A DNA stretch of 64,000 nt from an uncultured Alphaproteobacteria bacterium (GTDB lineage Bacteria; Pseudomonadota; Alphaproteobacteria; Rhizobiales; Xanthobacteraceae). The notes under the pieces are model-generated. The model saw only the letters and a list, made by a program, of their open reading frames with translations. It was not told the origin of the DNA and searched no databases. This document shows positions 9,306 through 18,072 of this stretch, piece by piece. A program made the translations under genes and the position numbers. Where the stretch lies: the NCBI GenBank assembly GCA_963725495.1, contig CAVRYM010000005.1, positions 723,617 through 787,616 on the forward strand, written 5' to 3'. Within the stretch, counting starts at the first letter, position 1. The number at the start of each line of letters is the position of its first letter.

Positions 9306-9701
9306 CTAGTTCCGCATTGCCGCGGAATCGTCCATCGGGTTGCCCGAGCTGTCGTAGAACTCGCCGTCGTCGCCCTGCACTCCGGCCTTCAACACCTGTG
9401 CAAGGCGCCACATCTTGGCGCAGATTTCCTCATCAGGGTTTTTGACAACGACACTGCCATTGAACCAAGCGAACGGGACCATTTCGACGTTCTCACGATG
9501 GCGCGACCAAGACGTCCACACCGCGAGCGGCTGGCGAAAAACCTGACCATCGGGCTGCCTTGTGTCGAGATACCCTTCGAGCCGGAATTCGGGGTCCGCG
9601 TTCACGGCGGCCATCCATTCGTCGAACGAGATTTCCGGACCGTGCTCGTCTTGGAATCCGTCCCAGTTCTTTTTTCGTGTGATGTGCAGATCGTAGCCCA
9701 T
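9306..9701 (-). CDS. Hypothetical cytoplasmic protein (MGYDLHITRKKNW...)
   Basis: 131 aa from the internal Met of track ORF 9306-9761. First gene of an apparent three-gene operon. Confidence 0.55.
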   Translation of the reverse strand: MGYDLHITRKKNWDGFQDEHGPEISFDEWMAAVNADPEFRLEGYLDTRQPDGQVFRQPLAVWTSWSRHRENVEMVPFAWFNGSVVVKNPDEEICAKMWRLAQVLKAGVQGDDGEFYDSSGNPMDDSAAMRN

Positions 9702-9744
9702 CGTCCGCTCCCTCAACTTCACATAGGCGCAGCGATGGCCTATA

Positions 9745-9784
9745 GAACAAAAGAGGAACATATAATTTAGGCAACGTCAAGTTG
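9745..9784 (-). promoter_or_regulatory. LexA-box-like GAAC-N7-GAAC (9745-9759) plus 13-mer caacgtcaagttg (9772-9784), module 2
   Basis: agaacaaaagaggaacatataatttaggcaacgtcaagttg lies 44 nt upstream of the 9701 start. Confidence 0.5.
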
Positions 9785-9838
9785 ATAAATTAGGGGAGGA
9801 GAGGTCGCGCCCGCGGTCTCCGCTTTTGCGGCGGTGCT

Positions 9839-10576
9839 CTAGCCGGCAGCGCCCGGCCGGCGCGCGAGCTGCATGCGTGCGATGCCGCTCGCCATAACGA
9901 TGACGACGATTTCGAGAGCGACGCTGCTGCAATCGGCGAAGATGTCGGTGACGTTTGAGGCCACGATACCGGAGATGTCGCTAGCATTCAGACTGAGCCG
10001 GAACGAGATCCAGCCCAGCGCATTGCTCAAAATCCACAGGAACCACCACCACGGCAGCAGTCCACCGCGCTCTTGCTGCTGCCAGCGAAGCGGGTTGGCG
10101 CTCACCTGCCAGAGTTCCTTCATCGCCTGATAGGGCTTCCACAGATTGACGATGGGAATGTAGAACCAGCCGACCGCCCAGCCCGGCGTAAAAGTCAGAT
10201 CGCTGGCGCCCAGTGGCTTTTTGTTGCAGTTGAGCACGTAGACCCAGCGGCTGAACACGATGATGGTGATGAGGTAGAGCGCGATCTGGCCGAGCCCGAT
10301 GACGCGCTGGCGCAAATCGTCGGCCGCGGCGGCATCGGTCAGGTCCGAGCCGCTGATCGCTCCACTCTGAACCTGCTGCAGCAGCTGGTACTCGAACACG
10401 CCCGATACCACCGCAACGACGTCAAGCCCGAGCGCCACCCACAAGACGACGACCAGGATCTTGGTGATTGTGCCGGGATTGCGAAACGCTTCTACGCCGG
10501 CCGGCGGGACCTGCGGCCCTGCGGGCGGCGGTGCGGTGCCCGTTTGCGTCGGGTCTAACGTCATCGGCGTCTCCAA
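9839..10576 (-). CDS. DUF4328 domain membrane protein
   Basis: Multi-TM protein with WFYIPIVNLWKPYQAMKELWQVS signature. Confidence 0.65.
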   Translation of the reverse strand: METPMTLDPTQTGTAPPPAGPQVPPAGVEAFRNPGTITKILVVVLWVALGLDVVAVVSGVFEYQLLQQVQSGAISGSDLTDAAAADDLRQRVIGLGQIALYLITIIVFSRWVYVLNCNKKPLGASDLTFTPGWAVGWFYIPIVNLWKPYQAMKELWQVSANPLRWQQQERGGLLPWWWFLWILSNALGWISFRLSLNASDISGIVASNVTDIFADCSSVALEIVVIVMASGIARMQLARRPGAAG

Positions 10577-10680
10577 ACGTCGTGCGTTTTCACCGCGCGG
10601 CGCGCTTCCCGGCTATCAGGTCACTGCAACGGCAGTGTAACCGGTGGCGAGTATTGGAAGAAGTCCTTGGCACGGCCGCC

Positions 10681-11130
10681 TCAGCCAGCCGTACGCTGCC
10701 GATATGTCTCGATCGCGTTGCGCAGCGCCTCCGGCATTGGCACGGGCTTCCGGCTTTCCAGCGACATCATCGCGGTGGTCATGCGCGCGCGCAGCCGCTC
10801 AAGACCGTCGCGGTGGCAGACGATGAGTATAGAAAGCGACGAGCGGCCGACTCGTTCGACCAGGAGCGTGAGGTCGATGACTTCGCCCATGCGGCTCGGA
10901 ATCTTGAAGTTGCATTCGATGTGGACGAAGGGAAAGCCGTAGCGGCCCTCCATGACCAATTCGGCGTAATCGTAGCCGAGCTCCTCCTTGTACCAGTCTT
11001 CGATCACGCCGTTGAACATGTCGAAGTAATGCGGGAAGTAGACAATGCCGGCGGCGTCGCAATGGGAAAAGCGGATCGGCACGCTGCGGGTAAACGCGCG
11101 CGGCCGCGGGGCAAATCGATCTTCGTGCAT
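10681..11130 (-). CDS. Acyl-CoA thioesterase, 4HBT/YbgC-like hotdog fold
   Basis: IRFSHCDAAGIVYFPHYFDMF motif. Confidence 0.8.
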   Translation of the reverse strand: MHEDRFAPRPRAFTRSVPIRFSHCDAAGIVYFPHYFDMFNGVIEDWYKEELGYDYAELVMEGRYGFPFVHIECNFKIPSRMGEVIDLTLLVERVGRSSLSILIVCHRDGLERLRARMTTAMMSLESRKPVPMPEALRNAIETYRQRTAG

Positions 11131-11277
11131 GCAACGCTATCCTGGCGCAACAGCTGACGAGCGTTCCGCTCGCAGCTGCGGCCGGGAAGCGTAGACCCGC
11201 CTTCGCCAGCGGACCAGCGGGCGGTACCCGCTGGCGCGCACTAGACGCCAAGCGCGCTGAATGAGCGCGACCAGCGC

Positions 11278-11628
11278 TTATCTGGTCTTCAGCTGGTCGG
11301 CGGATTTGAGAATAATCTCCGGCTTGCCTTGGTAGAGCTGGACCGGCCCGCTGATCGCCACCTGCTTTCCGGCCAGCGCCTTCGCGCCGGGGAATTTGCC
11401 GAGATCGTCGACGAAGATCACCGCGGTCAGAGCGTTGTCGGGAAAGCGGCCGCCGATATCGATAAAGGCCGTGCCGGAGCGGCCGACGTGAACGTCGGCC
11501 ACGGTGCCTTCGACCGTTACTGTCTCGCCAATGCGGGTCTTGGCGTCGCCCGCCGTGATGATTTGCGGCTCCGCCGTCGCCACGGCTGCCGCCATGCTGA
11601 AGGAAAGTGCCAGAATGATCGTACGCAT
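11278..11628 (-). CDS. Secreted OB-fold-like small protein
   Basis: Signal peptide MRTIILALSFSMAAAVATA. RBS GGGGAG. 116 aa from the internal Met of track ORF 11278-12021. Confidence 0.55.
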   Translation of the reverse strand: MRTIILALSFSMAAAVATAEPQIITAGDAKTRIGETVTVEGTVADVHVGRSGTAFIDIGGRFPDNALTAVIFVDDLGKFPGAKALAGKQVAISGPVQLYQGKPEIILKSADQLKTR

Positions 11629-11681
11629 ATGCGTCTCCCCTGTGCTGACTGACCACATTAGGCAGGTACTGGCCCATGTAG

Positions 11682-11727
11682 GAACAAAAGAAGAACATAA
11701 AATCCAGACCTCGTCAACGTCAAGTTG
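11682..11727 (-). promoter_or_regulatory. LexA-box-like GAAC-N7-GAAC (11682-11696) plus 13-mer caacgtcaagttg (11715-11727), module 3
   Basis: ggaacaaaagaagaacataaaatccagacctcgtcaacgtcaagttg lies between the divergent genes 11628(-) and 11878(+). Confidence 0.5.
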
Positions 11728-11877
11728 TCGCTTGGCGCGCGCGGATTCACCCGGGTGGGCCGCTACATGCCGAAAATGCGTCAACCGGGGACTTGTGACG
11801 ACCGGGCGCAAACCCGACAATCCGATTGCGGTCGGGCCCCGCTTGAGGGTCAACGCCGCACGGCGGAGAAAGGGATC

Positions 11878-12081
11878 ATGAGCAACGGCAGTACAGTCTC
11901 GCTTGAGGAGCTCGAAGCCCGCATCGCTATCGTGCGCGACAACATCCGCGAGCTGGTCGAGCAGGCGGCCGCGTTTTCCGGCGCCGAAGACGAAGAGCGA
12001 AACGCCGAGCGGATCGCGCAACAGAACGAAGAGCTCGACCGGCTGACCCGCGAACGCGACGCGCTCGCGAAGAAGAAATAG
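11878..12081 (+). CDS. Small coiled-coil protein, 67 aa
   Basis: RBS GGAGAAAGGG before the ATG. Sequence MSNGSTVSLEELEARIAIVRDNIRELVEQ... Confidence 0.5.
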   Translation: MSNGSTVSLEELEARIAIVRDNIRELVEQAAAFSGAEDEERNAERIAQQNEELDRLTRERDALAKKK

Positions 12082-12111
12082 CCGACGCCGTCTGATCGCG
12101 CCGGGTGGCGG

Positions 12112-12699
12112 TCAGGCGTCGGCTCGCCGGCGCACCATGCCGCCGACGTCAACGTTGCTGGCAAACCATGTCAGGTCGCGCACGGCCGCCGGCATCTTGG
12201 CGCCGTAAATGTCGCGGTATCTGACCTCGATTTTAAGTTCGGAGAGAGCGTGGCGGACGCTTTGCCGCGCGCTGACGAATTTTGGGTCGGCCGGATCGCC
12301 TTCCAGCATCAGGAGCGTGATGTCCTTGTCCGCCGAGAGCGCCCAGCCGGCAAGATCGGCCACGGAGGTCGTCCACAAGATGCCCGCCGGCAGGTCCGGC
12401 ATGAACGCGAGCAGCGAGGTTTGCTTCTTGGCTTTGCCGCCGAGTTTGCTGACGATCACCCGGCTGATCATCATCGGGCCGATGCCGTCGTTGTGCAGGC
12501 GCACGAAAATACGGTTCTCATAGTCGCCAAGCCGCACATGCGCGATCGGCATCAGGCTCTTGCGGTTGTGCGTGCGCTGGGTCGTCATGTTGAAGATGGC
12601 GAGCACAATCGAGACCGCCGAGACGAACAGCGCGGCGACCGCGGTCATGGCGGCGATGAGATCGTGTTTGGTTGCCAGAAAGTCGAAGATGTCTTTCAT
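12112..12699 (-). CDS. Hypothetical membrane-anchored protein (one N-terminal TM helix)
   Basis: ORF 12112-12729. Start is uncertain (ATG at 12699 or TTG at 12729). No family recognised. Confidence 0.45.
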   Translation of the reverse strand: MKDIFDFLATKHDLIAAMTAVAALFVSAVSIVLAIFNMTTQRTHNRKSLMPIAHVRLGDYENRIFVRLHNDGIGPMMISRVIVSKLGGKAKKQTSLLAFMPDLPAGILWTTSVADLAGWALSADKDITLLMLEGDPADPKFVSARQSVRHALSELKIEVRYRDIYGAKMPAAVRDLTWFASNVDVGGMVRRRADA

Positions 12700-12820
12700 G
12701 TTTGGTCTGTGAGATTGCGAGGAGGACAATAGTCAATCGACGGCTTCAACCGGCCGCGGCTTCAACCAGCCCAAGGCAACGCGGTCAAACACAAATAGTT
12801 CACTGGGGGAAAACTGAATG

Positions 12821-13045
12821 CTACTTTCCCGCCGCCTTGCGCAGAGCCGCGTTGATGCGGTCCTGCCAGCCCGGCCCATCTTCCTGAAAGAAGTCGAGCA
12901 CGTCGCGGTCGATACGCAAACTCACCGTTTCCTTCACACCGGGCACCGGTGGCGGCTTAGGCGGGAGCTCGGCGGGTTTCGGCGCAGTCGCCGCCTTGAA
13001 GGCTCTTTCGGCGGTTGCGCGTGGATCAGTCGGTCGTCGGCTCAT
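12821..13045 (-). CDS. brnA: BrnA-type antitoxin (RHH-like C-terminus), no brnT partner present
   Basis: C-terminal KETVSLRIDRDVLDFFQEDGPGWQDRINAALRKA matches the BrnA signature. An alternative start lies at 13072. Confidence 0.6.
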   Translation of the reverse strand: MSRRPTDPRATAERAFKAATAPKPAELPPKPPPVPGVKETVSLRIDRDVLDFFQEDGPGWQDRINAALRKAAGK

Positions 13046-13076
13046 GGCACGCTTATAGCAGGGCGAGACCACGTTG

Positions 13077-13178
13077 CGTACTCAAGATTTCGGCGTACTC
13101 AAGATTTCGGCGTACTCAAGATTTCGGCGCACTCAAAATTTCGCCGCACCCAAGATTTCGGCGCACTCAACATTTCGG
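13077..13178. repeat. Tandem direct repeat, 6 x 17 bp (cgtactcaagatttcgg)
   Basis: Units at 13077, 13094, 13111 (identical) and 13128, 13145, 13162 (1-3 changes each). Not a multiple of 3, so non-coding. Confidence 0.9.
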
Positions 13179-13343
13179 CACAGTTGATTTAGCGGCCGCG
13201 CCGCCGGTCGAGGCCAATCAATCCGCCGGGCGGCTGAGGAAAATCTTAAGGCTCAATCTGTAAATTTGGACGTTGCCGCCGCTGCCGTGCGTTACGACAG
13301 GCAGCGTCATCCTAAGAGCCCGATCGTCGGGAACCGTGTCACC

Positions 13344-13859
13344 GTGAACGCTTTCGACTTTGTCGTCTTTGCCGCGGCGCTTGCCGCCATCGTGATGGGT
13401 TACCAAGCGGGGCTCTTCCGCAGCCTGGCGACAATTGCGGGCTATCTCGCGGCCGCACCCGTGGCCGTTGCGATCGCGCCGGGCATGACGACATTCGTGT
13501 TAGGGAGCGCCTCGTTCTCGCCCGATGCGACGTCGCTGGCGCTCTGCATCATATTCGTCGCACTGGGTGCCGCTGTAAGCGCGCTGCTGCGTATCGCGGT
13601 CGGCGAATTCATCGGTCCCAATATCGGGTTTGTTGATCGCGTGGCCGGCGCCGCTCTCGGCGCGGCCCGGATTGGTCTCGTCGCCGTGCTGGTCGTGGTC
13701 ATTTTTGACCGCATCATTCCCGCCGATCGCCTGCCGCAATTCCTTGCTCAGTCGCAGTTGCGGCCGTATCTCTCCGCGGTCGGACAAGAAGGCCTGCAGT
13801 CGCTGCCGCCGGACATCGAGGCCTACATCGATCGCATCAAGCGCGAGCGGGGTATTTGA
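13344..13859 (+). CDS. cvpA: CvpA family membrane protein
   Basis: NAFDFVVFAAALAAIVMGYQAGLFRS... multi-TM pattern. GTG start at 13344 is chosen, but the start is uncertain. Confidence 0.7.
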   Translation: MNAFDFVVFAAALAAIVMGYQAGLFRSLATIAGYLAAAPVAVAIAPGMTTFVLGSASFSPDATSLALCIIFVALGAAVSALLRIAVGEFIGPNIGFVDRVAGAALGAARIGLVAVLVVVIFDRIIPADRLPQFLAQSQLRPYLSAVGQEGLQSLPPDIEAYIDRIKRERGI

Positions 13860-13936
13860 AGCGGCGGGTTTACGTGATCCCGTTCCCCTGAAGCCTTATT
13901 GATCGCGCGCAGGGAATCGCATTGACCAAAAAATGC

Positions 13937-14869
13937 TCAGCTCGCCTTCGCCGCTATCGCATCGTTGATCGCGCGCAGAAGCGCGAGCAGCCCGCTGTTA
14001 AGCGGAGTGGCGATACCGTGGCGTTCGCCCGCGGCGACGATGGCGCCGGTCAAAGCCTCGATTTCAAGCTGCTGGCCGGCGAGGCGATCGAAATACATCG
14101 ACGTGCCGAGTTCGCCGGAAAACGTATAGAGCGTCTCAAGCGCGCGCATCGGCTCGTCTTCGGCGAAGCGCGCGCCCTCGGCGCGTCCCACCGCCACTGC
14201 CTCGTCGAGTATCTTCAGGCACAGCTCTTTCACGTCCGGCCGCCGCAATACCGCCTGCCGCTGCAATGTTAGCGTCGTGATCGGATTAGCCACGGCATTG
14301 ATGAGAAGCTTGCGCCAGGCGAGCGTGGCGAAGTCGGCGTCTTTGGCGATGCGAAGTGCGGTGCCGTCGAACAGGCGCGCAAAGTCGCGGCCGTTATCGT
14401 CATCCGGCACCGCGATGTCCTGATCGGCGCCTTGGCGGAGCCGCACGCGGTCGGGCGCGAGCCGCTCGCCGTTGTAATAGACGATCGCCGGCACAACGGC
14501 GGCGCATTGCGCGAGCGGCGCCACGCGTGCGACGTGGTCGATGCCATTTTGTAGCACGGCAACGCGCGTGCCCGGCGCGCACAGAGCCTTGAGCCACGGG
14601 GCCGTCGACGCGGTCTGGTGTGTCTTGGTGCACACGAGGACCCAATCGGCCGGCGCTTTGACCTGCGACGGATCGGTCAGCGCGACGAGCGGCAGCTCGA
14701 TCGTGCGCTGCGGTTCCTCAAGCGTGAGCTGAGTTAGCGGGTGCCGTGCGCAGCCGACCACGTCGTACCGCCCGGCGGCGGCGAGGCAGCCTGCAGCCAC
14801 GCCGCCGATGCTGCCGAGCCCGACAACGGCAACCGATAAGCGTCGATCGACGAGCGATTCTGGAGGCAT
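13937..14869 (-). CDS. 2-dehydropantoate 2-reductase (ketopantoate reductase, PanE/ApbA family)
   Basis: N-terminal VAVVGLGSIGG Rossmann motif. Length and overall pattern fit the family. Confidence 0.75.
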   Translation of the reverse strand: MPPESLVDRRLSVAVVGLGSIGGVAAGCLAAAGRYDVVGCARHPLTQLTLEEPQRTIELPLVALTDPSQVKAPADWVLVCTKTHQTASTAPWLKALCAPGTRVAVLQNGIDHVARVAPLAQCAAVVPAIVYYNGERLAPDRVRLRQGADQDIAVPDDDNGRDFARLFDGTALRIAKDADFATLAWRKLLINAVANPITTLTLQRQAVLRRPDVKELCLKILDEAVAVGRAEGARFAEDEPMRALETLYTFSGELGTSMYFDRLAGQQLEIEALTGAIVAAGERHGIATPLNSGLLALLRAINDAIAAKAS

Positions 14870-14945
14870 CGCCCAAGCCTACTGGGAACCGTACGCCGCG
14901 CAACGTGTGCGTGGCGGCCAAGCAGACAGGCCTTATCGCGGGCGA

Positions 14946-15143
14946 TCACCACCAGCGGCGGTAGTATCCGCCGCCATAGTGCGGGCAAACGCATCTCAAC
15001 TCGGCGGAGCCGCTATAGGGTTGGCCGAAGCAATCCCCGCGCACGGGTGCACCGGGCGCGCAATTCTGCTGGCTCTGCGCCAGCGCGATCGATGTAACGC
15101 TCAGCAGGAGTGCCGCGGCGACGGCCAATTTTTTAACGGTCAT
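14946..15143 (-). CDS. Small secreted Cys/Gly/Tyr-rich protein
   Basis: AAGGAG RBS 7 nt before the ATG. Signal peptide MTVKKLAVAAALLLSVTSIALA. C-terminus HYGGGYYRRWW. Confidence 0.55.
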   Translation of the reverse strand: MTVKKLAVAAALLLSVTSIALAQSQQNCAPGAPVRGDCFGQPYSGSAELRCVCPHYGGGYYRRWW

Positions 15144-15179
15144 TGGCAATCTCCTTATGCTTCGTGACGCTCACATGGG

Positions 15180-15204
15180 AACCCGCAAGTCCAGATCGTG
15201 TTCC
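15180..15204 (-). promoter_or_regulatory. Possible EcfG-type promoter GGAAC-N16-GGTT
   Basis: Minus strand reads gggaacacgatctggacttgcgggttcc upstream of the 15143 start. The -10 is GGTT rather than CGTT. Confidence 0.2.
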
Positions 15205-15286
15205 CTGTACCGAGCACGACGACCAAAGAGGACGGAGCCGGCCCGCGGTGGACCGGCCCCTTCCGGGTCATGTGCCTTCGATTGAT

Positions 15287-15520
15287 TTATCGTTCGGAGC
15301 CGACGCCTAGGCCCGAGCCACAGCCGACACGCGGGCCGGGTCCGCCTCGGTCGCAATTGGGAAGCGATGGCCCGTAATTAGAATTGTAACCGTAAAGGCC
15401 GGGGCCATAGCCATATCCCGGGCCGTATCCGTAAACATCCTGCGCAAAGCTGGCGCTGCTCATGGCCAGTGTGGTGCCCAGAAGAAGCGCGGCTGCTGCC
15501 GCGAGTTTTCCTGCCGTCAT
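15287..15520 (-). CDS. Small secreted Gly/Tyr-rich protein
   Basis: RBS GGGAG. Signal peptide MTAGKLAAAAALLLGTTLAMSSASFA, followed by DVYGYGPGYGYGPGLYGYNSNYGP. Confidence 0.55.
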   Translation of the reverse strand: MTAGKLAAAAALLLGTTLAMSSASFAQDVYGYGPGYGYGPGLYGYNSNYGPSLPNCDRGGPGPRVGCGSGLGVGSER

Positions 15521-15676
15521 GTTCAGTCTCCCTGTTCGGACTGACATAACTAACTCGGCAACCGCCTTGTTTGTTCGCTCACGAATGGTTGCTTTTTTGT
15601 GCAATCACGCGCGGAACAAACAGCGGGGTCGTGCGCAGGCCATGACTCAGCAGGCCATGATTCAGCAGGCTATGGC

Positions 15677-16550
15677 TCAAAACGGGACGTCGCCAACCAC
15701 GGCGGTGCGCTCCATGCGGCGGCGCTCCGGGTAATAATCGTTGGCGGCGTAATGCTGGGTCGACCGGTTGTCCCAGAACACGATGGTGCCCGGCGCCCAG
15801 CGCAGGCGGAGCTGATACTCGGGTACCTGCGCCTGCGCGAACAGGACGTCGAGCAGGGCGCGGCTCTCGGCCGCTTCGAGCCCTTCGATGCGCAGCGTGA
15901 ATTGCGGATTGACGTAGATGCTTCTGCGGCCGGAGACGGGGTGGGTGCGCACCACCGGGTGCGACGGGCTGGGGAACAGTTCCTCCATCTTGCGCAGCCT
16001 GGCCTGGTCCTCGGCGGTGTTCTTGAACAGCACGCGGAAATTCTGAAAATCGTGCACGGCGCGAAGCCCATCGATTGTGCGCTTGAACGGATCGCTGAGC
16101 CCTGAATATGCGGCTTCCATGTCGGCCCACAGCGTATCGCCGCCGAGCTCAGGCATGATCTGGCAGCGCAGGATCGTGTATTTGGTCGGATTGCGCCGGA
16201 ACGTCGTGTCGCTGTGCCACACGTCGGTCGACAGCACCGGATTGTCCTTGTGATTGTCCAGCACCAAAACTTCCGGAAACTCGCCCTGCGGCCGCATCGG
16301 ATGCACTTCGAGTTCGCCGAACATCCGGCTCATCGCGACGTGCTGCGCCGTGGTCAGATCCTGCTCGCGCAGCACCAGAACCTTGTGCTCGATCAAGGCC
16401 GCTTCGAAGGCGGCGAACGTCGCCGGCGTCATCGGCTCCCTGAGATCGAGGCCGACGAATTTCGGCGCCGAGCTTGACGCCGAGCCGCTCGACCTGGAAC
16501 GGCGGTGCGGCGCGTTCGAGTGACTTTTCCGGCACGACATTGACGTTCAT
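15677..16550 (-). pseudogene. TauD/TfdA family Fe(II)/2-oxoglutarate dioxygenase with a +1 frameshift near 16460
   Basis: WHSDTTF and WDNRSTQHYA motifs. The N-terminus MNVNVVPEKSLERAAPPFQVERLGVKLGAE is in the frame of ORF 16149-16550. Removing one A in gaAAttc restores ...GAEFVGLDLREP. Confidence 0.8.
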
Positions 16551-16657
16551 CGTCGACCCCGTTGGTGCCCCCGCAGCAGCATTGACTATCGCACGGACGC
16601 CGACCTAAGCAAAAGCCGCACTGACGAAAATCTGCACTGCGAATAGGACAAGACTGC

Positions 16658-17282
16658 ATGGCTGATCAGCTCGCAATCGATCCAGCGACCGCCGAACGGC
16701 GTCAGATCTACCGGATGCTGGTCGGCTCGGTGGTGCCGCGTCCGATCGGCTGGGCCTCGACGGTGAACGCGCAAGGCCACGCCAATCTGGCGCCGTTCAG
16801 TTTCTTCACCGTCGTCTGCGTCGTGCCGCCGATGATTTCGCTCACCATCGCGCGCAATCCGGACGGCAGCGAAAAGCATACGCTCAAGAACATCCGGCAG
16901 ACCGGCGAGTTCTGCTTCAACGTGGTGACCGAGCCGGTGTGGAAAGAGATGGTCGACTCGGCCAACGGCTTCCCGGAAGACGATTCCGAATTCGACAGAA
17001 ACCGGGCTCACGCCGGTTGCGAGCGTCAAGATCAAACCGCCGCGCGTCAAAGAGGTTCCGATCCATTTCGAATGCAAGCTGCATCAGGTGATCGAGCTTG
17101 GTCCCAACCGGCATCCGCTGGTGATCGGCGAAGTGGTGTTCATGCATGTCGATCCGGCCTGCATGACCAACGGCTATATCGACATGCGCAAGCTCAATCC
17201 GATCGGGCGGCTCAACGGCTTCTTCTATTCCACGATCGGCGAGATTTTCGAGCGCAAGTTCGACGACGGCCAGCCGCGTTGA
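16658..17282 (+). pseudogene. Flavin reductase family protein with a +1 frameshift near 17000
   Basis: PRPIGWASTVN motif. The C-terminal part is in the frame of ORF 17088-17282. An AAA run at 16999-17001 carries the extra base. Confidence 0.8.
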
Positions 17283-17373
17283 TTGCGGCTTGCCTTTGTT
17301 GCGTCTCATCGCGGCGATTCGATAGACTGCACCTACATACTGATCGCGTCGCGCTCCTCTGACAGGTGAAGCT

Positions 17374-17619
17374 ATGGCACATGTGACCTACAAGGTGGTC
17401 CGCCACGAAGACGGCTGGGCTTACACCGTTGACGGTGTTTTTTCGGAGAGTTTTCCCACCCATGCCCAGGCGCTCAGTGCCGCGCGGCGCGCTGCCGCCG
17501 AGCAGCGCGTGCCAGGCAACAGCGAAACCATCGAGTACGAGGACGCAAACGGTAAATGGCACGTCGAGCGCGCGCTCGGCGGCGACCGGCCGGATACCGA
17601 TGTCGAGGACGACGCCTAG
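17374..17619 (+). CDS. DUF2188 domain protein
   Basis: YKVVRHEDGWAYTVDG pattern. Confidence 0.65.
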   Translation: MAHVTYKVVRHEDGWAYTVDGVFSESFPTHAQALSAARRAAAEQRVPGNSETIEYEDANGKWHVERALGGDRPDTDVEDDA

Positions 17620-17652
17620 GCGAAGCCGCTTCGGATTGAATCGTTCTTCGAT

Positions 17653-18036
17653 CTACTTTTTCTGAAAGACCTCGAGCCGCAGCGGCAGCATGCCACCAAA
17701 CCAGGCGGCGTGTGCGCTATGATCGGCATAATTATCGCCGGTTTCCGGATGCAGCAGCACCGTCAGGCCGTCGCGGTTGAGCATCAGCCAGGGCACAAAG
17801 CGCGCCAGCATCTCGCTCGGGAAGGCGATCTGATACATCGATTGCGGATGCGGTCCGACCAGCTCGTCGTGCCAGCGTCCAAGCTTGGCCTGCGGAAAGT
17901 CCGCGCCGACCCGCTCGCGCAGACGCTCGGCGCGTGCACGGCTCGTCGCCGGGTCGTAATAGATGTGGGCGTGATATTCGCCGATCGCGCCTGCGTCCTT
18001 CGCAGGTGCTGGCGGCGCCTCTGATATTTCGGACAT
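17653..18036 (-). CDS. DOPA 4,5-dioxygenase family protein
   Basis: EYHAHIYYD...GPHP motif. Confidence 0.7.
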   Translation of the reverse strand: MSEISEAPPAPAKDAGAIGEYHAHIYYDPATSRARAERLRERVGADFPQAKLGRWHDELVGPHPQSMYQIAFPSEMLARFVPWLMLNRDGLTVLLHPETGDNYADHSAHAAWFGGMLPLRLEVFQKK

Positions 18037-18072
18037 GACGAAATGGCCTCCAACGGATCGTAGGAGATTAAC

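Noticed and set aside
13077-13178. CRISPR array
   Set aside because: The units are contiguous 17-mers with no spacers. That is far shorter than CRISPR repeats, and there are no cas genes.
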